IMG/VR virus record: IMGVR_UViG_3300043391_000453 | Coordinates: 1 to 35,084 of that record | Source: a virus | Lineage: Duplodnaviria > Caudoviricetes | Reading direction: 5' to 3' (one strand) | Length of the DNA: 35,084 bases | Part shown: one piece after another, positions 34,091 through 35,084 of the stretch | Position numbering within the stretch: position 1 is the stretch's first letter | Layout of the letters: every line of letters starts with the position of its first letter | Program-made: the position numbers and the translations under genes | Notes under the pieces: generated by a model | Seen by the model: the letters and a program-made list of their open reading frames with translations, nothing else | Told to the model about the DNA's origin: nothing | Database searches by the model: none

Positions 34091-35084
34091 ATGGCTGAAC
34101 TGGTTCAACCGCGCTACGACATCCTTGGCCCGCGCATAGGTGCTTATGGTTCCTCTGCCCCCGGCTTTCAGGAGGAGGCCGAGGCTAACTGGCGGCTCAG
34201 TGTTGGCCCGCAGTTGGCCCGCCGCGTCTACTCCGACAGCGCTCCGGTGGACACGAACTATAACCCTTGGGATCACCTCGAGGGATATGAGGGATATGCC
34301 GATGTCCTGACGCTCGCGCGCTCTGCCGAACGCATGGCACTCATGAAGTCTCATATCGACCAGAACCTTCGTGACCGCGAAACCGTGGCGCAGGGCGATT
34401 GGGGTCTGGTGGCCGGCTTTGTCGGCGGCATGTTTGACCCTGTAAATTATATCCCCATTCCGGGCGCAACCGGTATTGGCTTTGTTCGTGGTGCCGCTCG
34501 CGGTGCCGCATCCAACATTGCAATGACGGCCGTAACCGAGCCGCTTCGCATTGGCGTGGCCGATCCGACTGCTGAATGGTCAGAACTGCAATACTCGGTC
34601 GGCATGGCGGGACTCCTTGGAGCCGGGCTGGGCGGTATTGCGGGCTCGTTCCGGCTCCGTGGTGTCCGAGCCGCGGAGTCGGGACGCAGTTTCAATGAGC
34701 TGCTCGAGCAGATGTCGAGGGAAGATGGCGGGATGAACACCGCCCGCGAGTTCGATATTGCGGGCCAGAACATCAACCGCACTTTTGGACACACAGGCTC
34801 TTACGATGAGACGGGTGCCTATAACCCTGTGACGCTGGCTGATCTGGACACCCCTGTTCGGAGCAAGGTCGGCCCAGACGGGCAGAACTATTTCTACGAT
34901 GACCAGCGTGGCTGGGTGCTCCAAGCTGACAAGGGCATTGACAGCCCCCGTGCTGTTTCTCAGGACATTCTTGACGGGCTTGGCTCACCGGAAATGGTGC
35001 CGGAGCGCAAGATGGTCGTGGACGACTATACGCTGCGCGACGAGTTCGAGCGCAAGCGGTGGCAGGAAGACAAGCCGAATGGCC
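34091..35084 (+). CDS. N-terminal part of the large ejection protein (continues at base 128 after the join)
   Basis: ATG 34091 (MAELVQPRYD...GFVGGMFDPVNYIPIPG...) is open to the window end and in frame with 1..3558. It is missing from the ORF track because there is no stop. Confidence 0.85.
   Translation, partial: MAELVQPRYDILGPRIGAYGSSAPGFQEEAEANWRLSVGPQLARRVYSDSAPVDTNYNPWDHLEGYEGYADVLTLARSAERMALMKSHIDQNLRDRETVAQGDWGLVAGFVGGMFDPVNYIPIPGATGIGFVRGAARGAASNIAMTAVTEPLRIGVADPTAEWSELQYSVGMAGLLGAGLGGIAGSFRLRGVRAAESGRSFNELLEQMSREDGGMNTAREFDIAGQNINRTFGHTGSYDETGAYNPVTLADLDTPVRSKVGPDGQNYFYDDQRGWVLQADKGIDSPRAVSQDILDGLGSPEMVPERKMVVDDYTLRDEFERKRWQEDKPNG
34958..35084. repeat. Terminal direct repeat, right copy
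   Basis: Identical to 1-127. Confidence 0.95.

Noticed and set aside
34958-35084. 127-bp terminal repeat as a biological direct terminal repeat
   Set aside because: It falls in the middle of a gene and equals a common assembler k-mer length, so it indicates circularity only.

Overview
The window is an apparently complete circular genome (34,957 bp unique; bases 1-127 are repeated at 34958-35084, the size of a k=127 assembly overlap) of a GC-rich, short-tailed (podovirus-type) dsDNA phage. The host is probably an alphaproteobacterium, judged from the SSB sequence and the plasmid-like cargo. The + strand arm (19715 through the join to 8564) encodes terminase, T7-like portal, scaffold, capsid, tail tubular A/B, three ejection proteins, a modular tail-fibre cassette and lysis genes. 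The - strand arm (8749-16838) encodes Cro/HTH regulators, a DnaT-like and loader-like replication pair, YqaJ exonuclease, ERF, SSB, ArdC and a long ParB-like protein, and it diverges from a CI-like repressor. I found no integrase, DNA or RNA polymerase, primase, helicase, ParA or tRNA. Main observations: (1) a 233-nt + strand hairpin with Frpo-like single-stranded-promoter geometry that would drive one terminator-bounded gene next to terS, with conjugative leading-region-type genes elsewhere in the genome; (2) a dif-like site at the usual attP position in an integrase-less phage; (3) a CI-like repressor lacking its Ser-Lys autocleavage dyad, with a TGCA-N4-TGCA operator-like motif; (4) a GTGCGTT-N21-TA late-promoter motif in four copies; (5) ejection proteins with an inserted ADP-ribosyltransferase-like domain and tandem cell-wall hydrolases. 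All family assignments come from motif recognition by eye; no database search or folding program was run.
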